From Malacoraja senta (lineage: Eukaryota), in NCBI GenBank assembly GCA_038087875.1, contig CM075988.1, positions 14,324,001 to 14,388,000 of the forward strand: a stretch of 64,000 bases of DNA, read 5' to 3'. The notes beneath the pieces were generated by a model. That model was not told the DNA's origin and did not search any database. It saw only the letters and a list, made by a program, of their open reading frames with translations. Positions within the stretch are counted from its first letter, which is position 1. Each line of letters begins with the position of its first letter. The position numbers and the translations under genes are program-made. Of this stretch, positions 38,000 through 49,151 are shown piece after piece.

Positions 38000-38442
38000 C
38001 CTTTGAGGGCATGAGCAATAGGGATAGGTTGAGCAGGCTACAGCTCTATACCTTGGAGCACAGGAGGATGAGGGGTGATATAATAGAGGTGTACAAAATC
38101 ATGAAAGGAATAGATTGGGTAAATGCACAGAGTCTTTTGCCCAGAGTAAGGGAAATCAAGAAACAGAGGACATAGATTTAAGGTGAGGGGGGAAAGGTTT
38201 AATAGGAACATGACGGGCAACTTTTTTACACAAAGGTTGGTAGGCGTACAGAACGAGCTGCCGGAGGATGTAGTTGAGTCAGATACTATTGCAACGTTTA
38301 AGAAAAATTGAGACAGGTACATGGATAGGATAAGTTTAGAGGGATATGGGCCAAATGAAGGCTGGTGGGACTAGTCTATGTAGAACATGTTGGTTGGTGT
38401 GGGCAAGTACGGCCTGTTTCCAAACTCTATGACACTATGATC
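38000..38442 (+). mobile_element. CR1 (HER1-like) 3' fragment
   Basis: RLSRLQLYTLEHRRMRGDIIEVYKIMKGID; tail ctctatgacactatga. Confidence 0.88.
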
Positions 38443-39252
38443 GTAAGCTGCAGGAATGTGTATGTGTTAATCTCTAGAATGTTTCCCTAAACATCTGCTG
38501 AGCCACCAAAGATGCTTTAAATCTTACAACTTCCATGGTTCAAACATATATGCCTTTGTGCCTTAATTACTGTGCTGCAGCTGTCATTTGGTTAATTGAA
38601 TTTCACCAGAATCGAATGCATGCCACGTCAGAAAGGCAAGCAAGAAAACTGGATAACTCTATTATTTTCCAAACTTTTATTATCCCACTGCAAGCAGTTT
38701 TGTCTCACGGGAAACAGAGATCGCTTGCTACTTCTACATTGTGTGTGCAGATTTAAATCCAATTTAGCTGAGCAAAGTGTTATCAGTTTGGTTATTTGCT
38801 TTTTCTGCAAAATACAGATTCGTGCTTTGCTCTGGCACAATCAGCTGGGTGAAAATTTGCTTCAGCTTTGTTTGAAATATAAAATCTGTTCATGTGAGCT
38901 GGTGGTGGGGATAGTCAGGGGAAGGGTGAAGGGAAGCATATTTATTCTTATCAAGGTGAAACGTGTAACCAATGAGAAGTACTTTGTCACTTCCAGCACA
39001 AGTCTATCAGACCAGAAATAAAAATTTACATGTAGAACAAATCCCCATCAGCTCTGCTACAAAAATATATATCATCCTGAACAATAAATACTGCACCAGT
39101 GCAATACTTTTGCATCCAATAAATACCATGTCATCATCTGATTAAAGTAGAGCAGTGAACAACAAAGTACCCTGAGATTAACAAAACCAATTCTAGTTGG
39201 AGTGACCAAATCTTTTCTTTTGCTACTCTGAAGAACGAGTCTCCTTTACTGA

Positions 39253-39527
39253 GGCGGCACGGTGGCGCAGCGGTAGAGTTGCTGCATTACAGCGATCCCG
39301 ACTATGAGTGCTGTCCGTCCGGAGTTTGTACGTTCTCCCCGTGAACGCGTGGGTTTTCTCCGAGACCTTCAGTTTCCTCCCACACTCCAAAGACCTATGT
39401 TAATTGGCTTGGTATAAATGTAAATTGCCCCTAGTGTGCGTAGTATAGTGATAATATGCGGGGATCGCTGGTTGGTGAGGACTCGGTGAGCCAAAGGGCC
39501 TGTTTCCGCTATCTCTAAAATAAACTA
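39253..39527 (+). mobile_element. HE1-like V-SINE (internal deletion in B box)
   Basis: ggcggcacggtggcgcagcggtagagttgctgc head and V-domain. Confidence 0.9.
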
Positions 39528-39874
39528 TATCAAATGCTTTCAAATCTTCATAAAGACCAAGAATATCTGATATGTGAGTATTCCATCCTTTGACTTCTCT
39601 TCTCATTGCCCATTCTCTTTCCCATGTAATCAGTCTCATCTCTCTGTTTATTGACAATGCTGCAACCAGCACAGTCTCAACATTTTACCTCAGTAATCCC
39701 AAGTGATAACATGTTTCACAGTTGCTGTTGTGTGAAAATTGAGCCCCCCTGCCAGATCTTCCTCACCTCACTGCTTCTGTTCCAATCTTGGGGTGTTCTT
39801 TAACTTCCCCTCCACATTGGTGCTATCCTATTAGTCATCAGCTTTTGAAACCTGGCCACACTCCATCACTACTT

Positions 39875-39959
39875 GTTAAAGAAGGAACTGCAGATGCTGG
39901 AAAATCGAAGGTACACAAAAATGCTGCACCCGCTGAGTTTCTCCAGCATTTTTGTGTAC
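39875..39959. mobile_element. Collapsed palindromic Penelope-derived element with 14-bp TSD
   Basis: ggtacacaaaaatgctg...cagcatttttgtgtacc arms; ctccatcactactt at 39861-39874 and 39960-39973. Confidence 0.85.
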
Positions 39960-40599
39960 CTCCATCACTACTTACTGATTTATCACTTTTTATCATGTTG
40001 TTAGTCTGTCATTTGGATCTCAATTGGACTGAAATAGTGGAAGGAAATGGATTAGTTTCCTTTGGCTCTGACAGTATTTACACTGCAGGACTTTTCTCAA
40101 CTACTGCGAGCCACAGTTATGGAAATAAGTGACCTCACTGAATACTTAGCTATTAAATTCCAAACCTACAAACTGAGAACAGGCAGGCTGACATCCACAC
40201 TCTAATACTCCTTCTGAGATAGCTTCCTACCTGGGACCACAAATTCACGGCATTTACCCTTTTATTTATTTTAATCTTCTTAAGCAGCTGTTAGAGCAGA
40301 ACTGATCATCCTCAGGACCTTCTCTCCATATTGATGTCCAGACATCAGTTGTTCTATTTGTTTCTATCTGCCTGAATTCTTTGTCCTTTAGAAAAAAAGT
40401 TCTGAAAATCGAAATCACAGCGGGCTTGAAAGAGATGTAAGGTTCAATAAAACGACTGAAATGAATCAAAGAAATCGGGAACATCACTGTGAACTGACAC
40501 GTCAAAATAATAGCTAACCAGGAAAGGGAAGAACAATTTTAGAGTCATCAGAACAATTTGGAAGCTTATTATTTATTTTTCAGTTCAAAAGGATGATAA

Positions 40600-40895
40600 T
40601 ACATGACAGTGGAGCTGGTGGAGCAGCTGTCTCACAGCTCCAGTGAGCCAGGTTCAATTCTGACCGAGGGTTGCCGTCTGTGGGGAATGTTCTTCATGTG
40701 GGATTCCCCTGGATGCTCCAATATCCTCCCACATTCCAAAGATGTGTATGTCAACAGGTTAAGTGGCCACTGTAAATTATCCTGAATATTTGTTAGTGAT
40801 TGAATCTGGGAAGACCAAAATGGGATTGGAACAAATGGATAGCGTAGGATCAGTGTCAATGCACACTTGCTGGCCCGCTTGGACTTGCATCCATG
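40600..40895 (+). mobile_element. Degraded V-SINE
   Basis: ccaggttcaattctgacc...ctcccacattccaaagatgtg. Confidence 0.7.
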
Positions 40896-41654
40896 ACTGC
40901 AGATGCAGAGACAACGAATGAATAACAGCTGTGCTAAATGATGGGGAGAGGAGTCACACCGCTGGTGGGAAAGGCTTGTGTGGAATTAAAATGATGGAAG
41001 GAGTGATAAAGGAGGCTTGGGAACTTTGCAAAGCATTTATAAAAAGTCAAGAAATAAATAGATGTAAGCATGCAGGCCGGGCTAGCTGAAGGTGTGGGGA
41101 AGCCCACAGTGTTAGATTAAAAGATATAGTCTTGATGGGCTGTCACTTTCAAAGTGCGAACACTCAGTCTCCTGGAATCGTAAGTTAGACTGCCCGAGGT
41201 AAAACTTCAGTTGTACTCCAAGAGAGCAGAGGGCAGCCCATTCATGTTGTCAAAGCAGAAACGCTGAACCCAGGCAGTAACATAAGAGCACTACATGGAG
41301 GCTGTGATCAGATCTTGCTGATTTATTTGGGAACATTATATCCCTTCACTCCCAAAGTTCACATTTAGCCAATATGCAATTAATGAAAGACTGCACCTTG
41401 ACCTGCACAGAGAGTTCACCAAATTTAAAGAACGGGATTCTTCTCTTCCATCACTCTGCTCAAGCAGTTAATCAATACATCTCACTAGCAGAGGCAATCA
41501 GCACCGTTGATAGTGCGTTTGCTACAATAGACATTGGCCACACACTTGTAAATAGTTTGTTAGACATGGTACATTCATCAGAAATTACGCAGATAGCAAT
41601 CTTTAATATAAACGAGAATCAGTCTTTAAAACAATACCTATTCACAAATAATGT

Positions 41655-41802
41655 GTAGGGAGGGAATGCAGATGCTAGCTTATACCGAGGATAGACACAA
41701 AGCGCAGGAGTAACTCAGCGGGTCAGGCAGCATCTCTGCAGAAAAAGGATGGGTCGGCTCGGAACCCTGCTTGTTTCAGTACGGAACCCTTCTTGTGTCT
41801 AT
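41655..41802 (-). mobile_element. Degraded Penelope terminal-repeat fragment
   Basis: gcagatgctag...ggagtaactcagcgggtcaggcagcatctctg...gaacccttctt. Confidence 0.7.
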
Positions 41803-42125
41803 TCATCAATTCATCCATTGATACTTTAAAAGGATATTGAGTGTGAGACATTCTGATTTTGCACCATTGTAAATTATGCAGCCACAGCAAAAGATGAATG
41901 TTACTTTGCCTTCATTGAAACGACCAGGATAAGATCAAGAAATATATTAAGTGGCCATCTCCTGCACTGATGCACAGCCAAAGACATATTAACATAGAAC
42001 ATAGAACAACACAGCAGAAGAACAGGCCCTTCAGCCCAAAATGTCTGTGCTGCACATGGTGCCAAAACCATCTTTTAACGACCTGCACAAAATCCATATC
42101 CCTCCATTTCCTGCATATCCATATA

Positions 42126-43737
42126 CAGTGCATTCAGAAAGTATTCAGACCCCTTCACTTTTTCCATATTGTTACGTTACAGCCTTATTCTAAAATGGAT
42201 TAAATTCTTTTTTTTAAATCATCAATCTATACACAATACCCCATAATAAAAAAGCAAAAACAGGTGTTTAGACATTTTTGCAAAGTAATTAAAAATAAAT
42301 AACTGGAATATCACATTTACATAAGTATTCAGACCCTTCACTCAGTACTTTGTTGAGGCACCTTTGGCAGTGATTACAGCCTTGTCTTCTTGGGTATGAT
42401 GCTACAAGCTTGGCACACCAATATTTGGGTAATTTATCCCATTCTTCTCTGCAGATCCTCTCAAGCTCTGTCAGGTTGGATGGGGAGCGTTGATGCACAG
42501 CTATTTTCATGTCCCTCCAGAGATATTCGATTGGGTTCAAGTCCGGGCTCTGGCTAGGCCACTCAAGGACATTCACAGATTGTAACGAAGCCCCTCCTGC
42601 GTTGTCTTGGCTGTATGCTTAGGGTCATTGTCCTGTTGGAAGGTGAACCTCTGCCCCAGTCTGAGGTCCTGAACACTCTGGAGCAGGTTTTCATCAAGGA
42701 TCTCTCTGTACTTTGCTCTGTTCATCTTTCCCTCGATCCTGACTAGTCTCCCGGTTCCTGCCGCTGAAAAACATCCCACAGCATAATGCTGCCACCACCA
42801 TGCTTCACCGTAGGTATGGTATTGGCCAGGTGATGAGCGGTGCCTGGTTTCCTCCAGACGTGACACTTGGCATTCAGGCCAAAGAGTTCAATCTTGGTTT
42901 CATCAGACCAGAGAATCATGTTTAGGTGCCTTTTGGCAAACTCCAAGCAGGCTGTCATGTGCCTTTTATTGAGGAGTGGCATCCGTCTGGCCACTCTACC
43001 ATAAAGACCTGATTGGTGGAGTGCTGCAGATATAGTTGTCCTTCTGGAAGTTTCTCCCATCTCCACAAAGGAACTCTGGAGCTCTGTCAGAGTGACCATC
43101 GGGTTCTTGGACACCTTCCTGACCAAGGCCTTTCTGCCCCGATTGCTCAGTTTGGCCGGGCGGCCAGCTCTATGAAGAGTCATGGTGGTTTCAAAGTTCT
43201 TCCATTTAAGAATGACGGAGGCCACTGTGCTCTTCGGGGCCTGCAATGCTGCAGAAATTATTTTATAGCCTTCCCCTGATCTGTGTCTCGACACAATCCT
43301 GTCTCGGAGGTCTACGGACAATTCCTTCGTCTTCATGGCTTGGTTTTTGTTCTGACATGCACTGTCAACTGTGGGACCTTATATAGACAGGTGTGTGCCT
43401 TTCCAAATCATGTACAATCAATTTAATTTACCACTTGTGGACTCCAATCAAGTTGTAGAAACATCTGAAGGATAATCAATGGAAACATGATGCACCAAAG
43501 CTCAATTTTGAGTGTCAATGCAAAGGGTCTGAATACTTATTTAAATGTGATATTTCAATTATTTATTTTTAATTACTTTGCAAAAATTTCTAAACACCTG
43601 TTTTCGCTTTTTATATGATGAGGTATTGTGTGTAGATTGATGATAAAAGAAATGAATTTAATCAATTTTAGAATAAGGCTGTAACGTAACAAAATGTGGA
43701 AAAAGTGAAGGGGTCTGAATATTTTCTGAATGCACTG
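42126..43737 (-). mobile_element. Full-length degenerate Tc1 transposon, IR/DR type (about 1.6 kb)
   Basis: TA TSD; ends CAGTGCATTCAGAAA; TIRs of about 215 bp with inner direct repeat aagtattcagaccc. Confidence 0.96.
42370..43336 (-). pseudogene. Tc1 transposase, frameshifted
   Basis: Three frames: MKTKELSVDLRDRIV...GRPAKLS...[32 protein letters not shown] (DDE triad motifs). Confidence 0.93.
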
Positions 43738-44469
43738 TACCTATCCAAAAGTCTATTAAATGCCTCTATCCTATGTACCTCAACCACCATCCCCAGCAGG
43801 TCGTTCCAGGCATTCACCACCCTTTGTGTACAAAAGTTGCTTTGCACATCTCCTTTAAACTTTGCACGAATCACCATAAAGTATTAGTATTTGACTTTAG
43901 TATTTAGTATTTAGTATTTGACTTTTCCCATCCTGGCAAAATGGTTCGGACAGTTTTCTCTGCCTTTGCCTCTCATAATTTTATATACGTCTATCAGGTC
44001 TTCCTGCAACCTCAGCATTCCAGCGAAAAAAATCCAAGACTCTCCGACCTCTCCCTGTAGCTAAGACTCTCCGATCCAGGCATCATGTTGGTAAACCTCC
44101 GCTGCACCCTTTCCAAAGCCTCCACATCCTTTCTGTGAGTGGACAACCAGAATTGCATGCAATACTCTACATGCAGCCTAATTAAAGTCCTATAACGCTG
44201 CATGATGACTTCCTGAAAAAAACACATAGAAAGGTAAGAAAGCATGAAACCAGAAACTAAGCATTCAGGGCATATGGTCCTGACCAATTTATAAATACTA
44301 TCTGTTTCGTCATTGCATATAATTAATCTGATGAGAGGACCTTCTGAAATAAATAGTTAACCATTACTTGATATAATAAAGACTAATTATTTATCTCTGC
44401 TTGGACCAGCAACAATATTCCATTCCAGAGGCTAAACAAGGTATGTCAGTGACGTATATAATTTCTGCT

Positions 44470-44973
44470 GGAGATAACACTGACAATGCAATCTACAGTC
44501 TACAGAAGGATCTTGATCAGCTGGGCAAGTGGACTGAGGAAGGGTTAAAAGAGTTTAATTTGGATGAGTGTGAGGCGTTACATTTGAGAAGTTGAATCAG
44601 GGCAGAATCTTCACAGCGAACAGTAAGGTCCCGGGGAGTGTTGTACAGCAGGGGGATCGGGAATGTCACAGGTATACATAGTGGTAAAGATCACACGTTG
44701 GCCTTCATCAGTCAGGGAATTGAGTATAGAAGTTGTACAAGGCATTGGTGAGGACACACCTGGACAATTGTGTTCAGTTTGGTCACCCTGCTATAAGAAA
44801 TATACCATTAAGCTGGAAAGAGTACAGAGATGATGTACCAGGATGTTGCTGGAACTTAAGGGCTTGAGCCATAAGGAGAGGTTGGGCAGTCTGAAACTTT
44901 ATTCCTTGGAGTGCAGAAAGCTGAGGGTGGATCTTATAGAGGTATATAAAGAGGGTAGTAGATAGGAGAATGC
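44470..44973 (+). mobile_element. Degraded CR1 fragment
   Basis: LQKDLDQLGKW...FNLDECEALH; ends at gataggagaatgc. Confidence 0.8.
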
Positions 44974-44976
44974 CTA

Positions 44977-45050
44977 TCAAGTTATATTTGTTAAATGTGT
45001 TTTAAGTGAAGTTAAATATATTTCACTTAAAACACATACATGTATATATA
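44977..45050 (+). mobile_element. Isolated 5' end of the Helitron-like family at 54123-54768
   Basis: a|TCAAGTTATATTTGTTAAATGTGTTTTAAGTGAA closely matches the minus-strand start at 54768. Confidence 0.6.
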
Positions 45051-45057
45051 TGTATAT

Positions 45058-45572
45058 GAATCAGATTCAGATTCAGATTCAGATTCAACTTTATTGTCAT
45101 TGTGCAGTGTACAGTACAGAGACAACGAAATGCAGTTAGCATCTCCCGAAAAGAGCGACATAAATATGAGCAGTAAATAAATAAATCTAATAAATCCTGG
45201 TGGGAGGAGTGTCCGGGGGGGGGGGGGGGTGTGATTGGCAGTCACCGAGGTACAGTGTTGAGTAGTGTAACCGCCGCAGGGAAGAAGCTGTTCCTGGACC
45301 TGCTGGTCCGGCAACGGAGAGACCTGTAGCGCCTCCCGGATGGTAGGAGGGTAAACAGTCTGTGGTTGGGGTGAGAGCAGTCCTTGGCGATGCTGAGCGC
45401 CCTTCGCAGACAACGCTTGCTTTGGACAGACTCAATGGTGGGGAGTGAGGAACCGGTGATGCGTTGGGCAATTTTCACCACCCTCTGCAGTGCTTTCCGG
45501 TCGGAGACAGAGCAGTTGCCATACCATACTGTGATGCAGTTGGTAAGGATGCTCTCGATGGTGCAGCGGTAT
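45058..45572 (-). mobile_element. Rex1/Babar 3' fragment
   Basis: YRCTIESILTNCITVWYGNC...RKALQRVV...HPNHRLFTLLPSGRRYRS...NSFFPAAV; (gaatct)n tail. Confidence 0.9.
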
Positions 45573-45583
45573 AAATATCTATA

Positions 45584-45649
45584 TACACACACACATGTAT
45601 ATACACACACACACACCCACCCCCACACACACCCACACACACCCACACA

Positions 45650-45719
<70 letters not shown>

Positions 45720-45727
45720 CACACACG
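45584..45727. repeat. (CA)n microsatellite
   Basis: Imperfect CA run of about 140 bp. Confidence 0.98.
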
Positions 45728-46379
45728 TGTGTGTACAAGCATTCTCCCTATCCAGGGCTCGAAATTAGCGGTTGCCCGGGTGCCAATGGCAATCTACAGT
45801 CCCGCCGGGCAACCTAAATGCCATGCCATTTTGCCCGGCTTGGCAAGCACCCGGGACACCTATCATTTTTTTAATTCTGAGCGGGCCCCCTCTCTATCTC
45901 TCTCTCTCTCTCTCTGTCACTCTCCGTCTCTGCCCGCCATCCGTGTCCGGGTCACGGCTCTCGGCTCTCCGCTCGGCACCAAAGATTCTATAGGATCTTT
46001 GCTCGGCACGGCAGACCACCTTACACATGTGCACTGCCATGGCCTGCACATCCGCCCCCTGCACATGTGCACAACCACGGCCAGCACATCATCGGCTGTG
46101 GTTGTGCGCATGTGCTGCCCTTACACATGCGCACTGCCACGGCAACTGGTTGGCATCAGCCACTTTCTCCCTCCCTTTGCATTGTGGGAGATCTGGCCGC
46201 CATTGCTCTCCGGTTGACGCCTCACCGCAGCCACTGAAAACCAACGCAGAATCACTGCCTGGAGCTGGAGTAACTCCCTGGAGGAACTCTTGCTTCTTGG
46301 TTTCCTGGCCCTCCAAAAATATTCCAAATGGAATTTAAACTGGTGGACCCACCACCACCAAACTCCAAACTCTGAAAAA

Positions 46380-46570
46380 TAACAGCCTATTGTATTTTAT
46401 ATGTTTATTTATTGTGTATATATATGGTCTATGGTATATAGACACACTGAACTTTTATCTCCTGTTCTGTTTTATGTTTAGATATTCTGTTGTGCTGCAG
46501 GAAGCAAGAATTTCATTGCCCTTTCTGGGACACATGACAATAAAACTCTCTTGACTCTTGACTTGGACTT
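46380..46570 (+). mobile_element. Rex1-type tail
   Basis: caagaatttcattgcc...gggacacatgacaataaaactc(tcttgac)n; a related inverse copy lies at 46878-47005. Confidence 0.6.
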
Positions 46571-46771
46571 AAGCAAAAAATGGTTCTTGGGAAAAAAGAG
46601 CCACCTTAAATTTAGTTGCATCTGGTTGGGTACCTATGGTAGGGTGAAGACTATTCCATGCTTTAATTGTGCGGGGGAACTCCATGGAGCAGCCAGCATC
46701 TCTGGATAGAAGGAATTGGGTGACGTTTCGGGTAGAGATCCTTATTTAGATTTCCTCTGGTTTTAGTGTTT

Positions 46772-47095
46772 TTAGTTTAATTTAAAGATACAGCGTGGAA
46801 ACAGGCCCTTCGGCCCACTGAGTCCACGCCGACCACTGATCACACATACACTAGTTCTATCCCACACATTAGTGACGTAAGTCAAGAGTCAAGAGTGTGT
46901 TATTCTCTCGCGTCCCAGTTAGGACAATGAAATCCTTACTTGCAGCAGCACAACAGAATATGTAAACATAGTACTCTGTAAACAATGTTATAAACGAGAA
47001 AACAAAACTCCATACAGACAGCACCCATATCCAGGATCAATTCCGGGTCTCTGACAACTTTAGGCCGCAACTTTATGGCCAATGTACTGCCCCAT
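46772..47095 (-). mobile_element. V-SINE interrupted by a Rex1-type tail
   Basis: agatacagcgtggaaacaggcccttcggcc tail; aaactccatacagacagcaccc...caggatcaa head side. Confidence 0.7.
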
Positions 47096-47244
47096 AGTCT
47101 TGAACCGAATTAAAACATACAGTAGCTGTAAAGGGGGACATAGCGCCATTTAGAGATTTAAGAATGAAAATGGATAGTTTCTTTTTTTTTAGTAACCAAA
47201 GTTATCAAGGTATTATTTTTTTAGTGTGTTGAAAAATAAAATAT

Positions 47245-47465
47245 AGTGGCACAGATGGTGGACTTGCTGCCTCACACGCCAGAGATCTGAGTTTGATCCT
47301 GTTCTCGGGCACTGTGTTGAATTTGCACATTCTCCCAGCAAGCATGTGGGTTTCCTCCCATATCCCAAAGATGCATTGGCTTTGTAGGTTAACTTGTCTC
47401 TGTAAAATTGCCCCTAATGTGCAGGGAGTGGGTGAGGAAAGTGGGATAACAGAACTTGTGTGAAT
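47245..47465 (+). mobile_element. V-SINE truncated by Penelope
   Basis: gtggcacagatggtggacttgctgcctcac...gggtttcctccca. Confidence 0.75.
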
Positions 47466-47519
47466 AGGTAGACAAAAATGCTGGAGAAACTCAGCATCTA
47501 TGGAGCAAAGGAAATAGGC

Positions 47520-47547
47520 GACGTTTCGGTTCGAGACCCTTCTTCAG
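47520..47547 (-). ncRNA. Minimal type I hammerhead-ribozyme-like core
   Basis: Minus strand CUGAAGA-AGGGUCUCGAACC-GAAAC-GUC; one mismatch in helix II. Confidence 0.6.
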
Positions 47548-47654
47548 ACTGATGTGAGGGTGCAGGGGGGGGAGGGGGGGCGGGAAGAAGAAAAGAAGAC
47601 AGAGACAGGGACTGAGGGAGACCTGGGAAGCAGAGTAGAAAGCAGGGACTACCT

Positions 47655-48185
47655 GAAATTGGAGGTCAAGGTTCATACAGCTGGGGTATAAACTACCCAA
47701 GCGAAATATGAGGTGCTGCTCCTCCAATTTATGGTGGTCCTCACTCTGGCCATGGAGGAGGCCCAGGACAGAAAGGTTGGATTTGGAATGGGAGGGGGAG
47801 TTGAAGTGCTGAGCCACCGGGAGATCAGGTTGGTTATTGCGAACCGAGCGGGGGTGTTGGGCGAAGCAATCGCGAAGCCTACGCTTGGTCTCACCGATGT
47901 AGGGCAGCTGACACCTAGAGCAGCGGATGCAATAGATGAGGTTGGAGGAGGTGCAGGTGAACCTTTTGCCGCACCTGGAAAGACTGCTTGGGTCCTTGAA
48001 TGGAGTCAAGGGGGGAGGTAAAGCGACAAGTGTAGCATTTCCTGCAGTTACAAGGGAAAGTGCCAGGAGAGGGGGTGGTTTGGGTGGGAAGGGATGAATT
48101 GACCAGGGAGTTACAGAGGGAGCGGTCTCTGCAGAAAGCCGACAGGGGAGGAGATGGGAAGATGTGGCCAGTGGTGGGATCCCGT
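47655..48185 (-). pseudogene. Penelope GIY-YIG endonuclease domain (fragment, frameshifted)
   Basis: PGTFPCNCRKCYTC; FTCTSSNLIYCIRCSRCQLPYIGETKRRLRDCFAQH...PVAQHFN...KLEEQHLIFRLGSLYP. Confidence 0.9.
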
Positions 48186-48247
48186 TGGTAGACAAAGCTG
48201 GAGAAAATCAGCGGGTGAGGCAGCATCTATGGAGCAAAGGAATAGGC

Positions 48248-48275
48248 GACGTTTCGGGTCGAGACCCTTCTTCAG
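48248..48275 (-). ncRNA. Minimal type I hammerhead-ribozyme-like core (best copy)
   Basis: Minus strand CUGAAGA-A-GGGUC/UC/GACCC-GAAAC-GUC: complete core, helix II and palindromic ACGU helix III; helix I is weak. Confidence 0.7.
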
Positions 48276-49151
48276 ACTGATGTCGGGAGGGGTGGGGGGC
48301 GGGAAAAAGAAAGGAAGTGGCGGAGACAGTAGGCTATGGGAGAGCTGGGAATGGGAGGGGAAGGAGGGAGAAAGCAAGGACTACCTGAAATTGGAGAAGC
48401 CTATGTTCATACCGCTGGGGTGTATACCCAAGCAAAATATGAGGTGCTGTTCCTCCAATTTGCAGTGGGCCTCACTCTGGCCATGGAGGAGGCCCAGGAC
48501 AGAAAAGTCGGATTCGGAATGGGAGGGGGAGTTGAAGTGCTGAGCCACCAGGAGATCAAGTTGGTTATTGCGAACTGAGTGGAGGTGTTGTGCGAAGCGA
48601 TCGCCAAGCCTGCACTTGATCTCACCGAGGTTGATCGTACGCTGAATAATCTAACCAGATTTTTGTTTGGAAGTGGAAAGAGATAATAGAAATTGCATTA
48701 ATTACAATGTGTAAAAAGAGTTGAGATACTGTATTATAATTTTGCTGCATGTCATTGTGGTATATATCATGTCTTGATTGGTGAATATGTTTAGTTTGCG
48801 ACTTTATTTGAAGCAGAAATAATACATGAATGATTCATTGACCATAATTCCGACTGGTAACTACGCAGTTTGTCCGAGCACATTATCGCATGTGGTTGCA
48901 GTGGGAGGAGTAACGTCCGGGCGGTGAGTACAAAACCCGATCGCGGGGCTTCGATTCACAGAGGCCCAGGAACGGTTTCAGTGGGAGGAACCCAAATCTA
49001 TAACGTTCCATTCGCAGTTCACAGTTCAAAATAAGTGGGCTTGAGGAAGCCGCTGATTGGTGGAAGCGGAATAGAGGAAGCAGCTGATTGGGAGTCAGAT
49101 CCTTGCTGATTTCTTCCAGCAGTTTGTATTGTATCCTGGGTAAGGGGGAGT

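Larger units (their letters stand above)
41990..44215 (-). mobile_element. CR1 3' fragment split by the Tc1 element
   Basis: (aacatag)n tail; atccata|Tc1|cctatccaaaag is contiguous CR1; YRTLIRLHVEYCMQFW...ERVQRRFT. Confidence 0.85.
47466..48628 (-). mobile_element. Penelope-like element in partial tandem (pseudo-LTR) arrangement
   Basis: Two direct copies of the terminal region (47466-48185 and 48186-48628), each with GIY-YIG end, pyrimidine tract and hammerhead-like core. Confidence 0.93.

Noticed and set aside
41374..41658. 94-aa ORF
   Set aside because: No homology recognised and no supporting exon structure.
45384..46217. 277-aa ORF
   Set aside because: Chance frame across antisense Rex1, a (CA)n run (HT repeats) and a transposon end.
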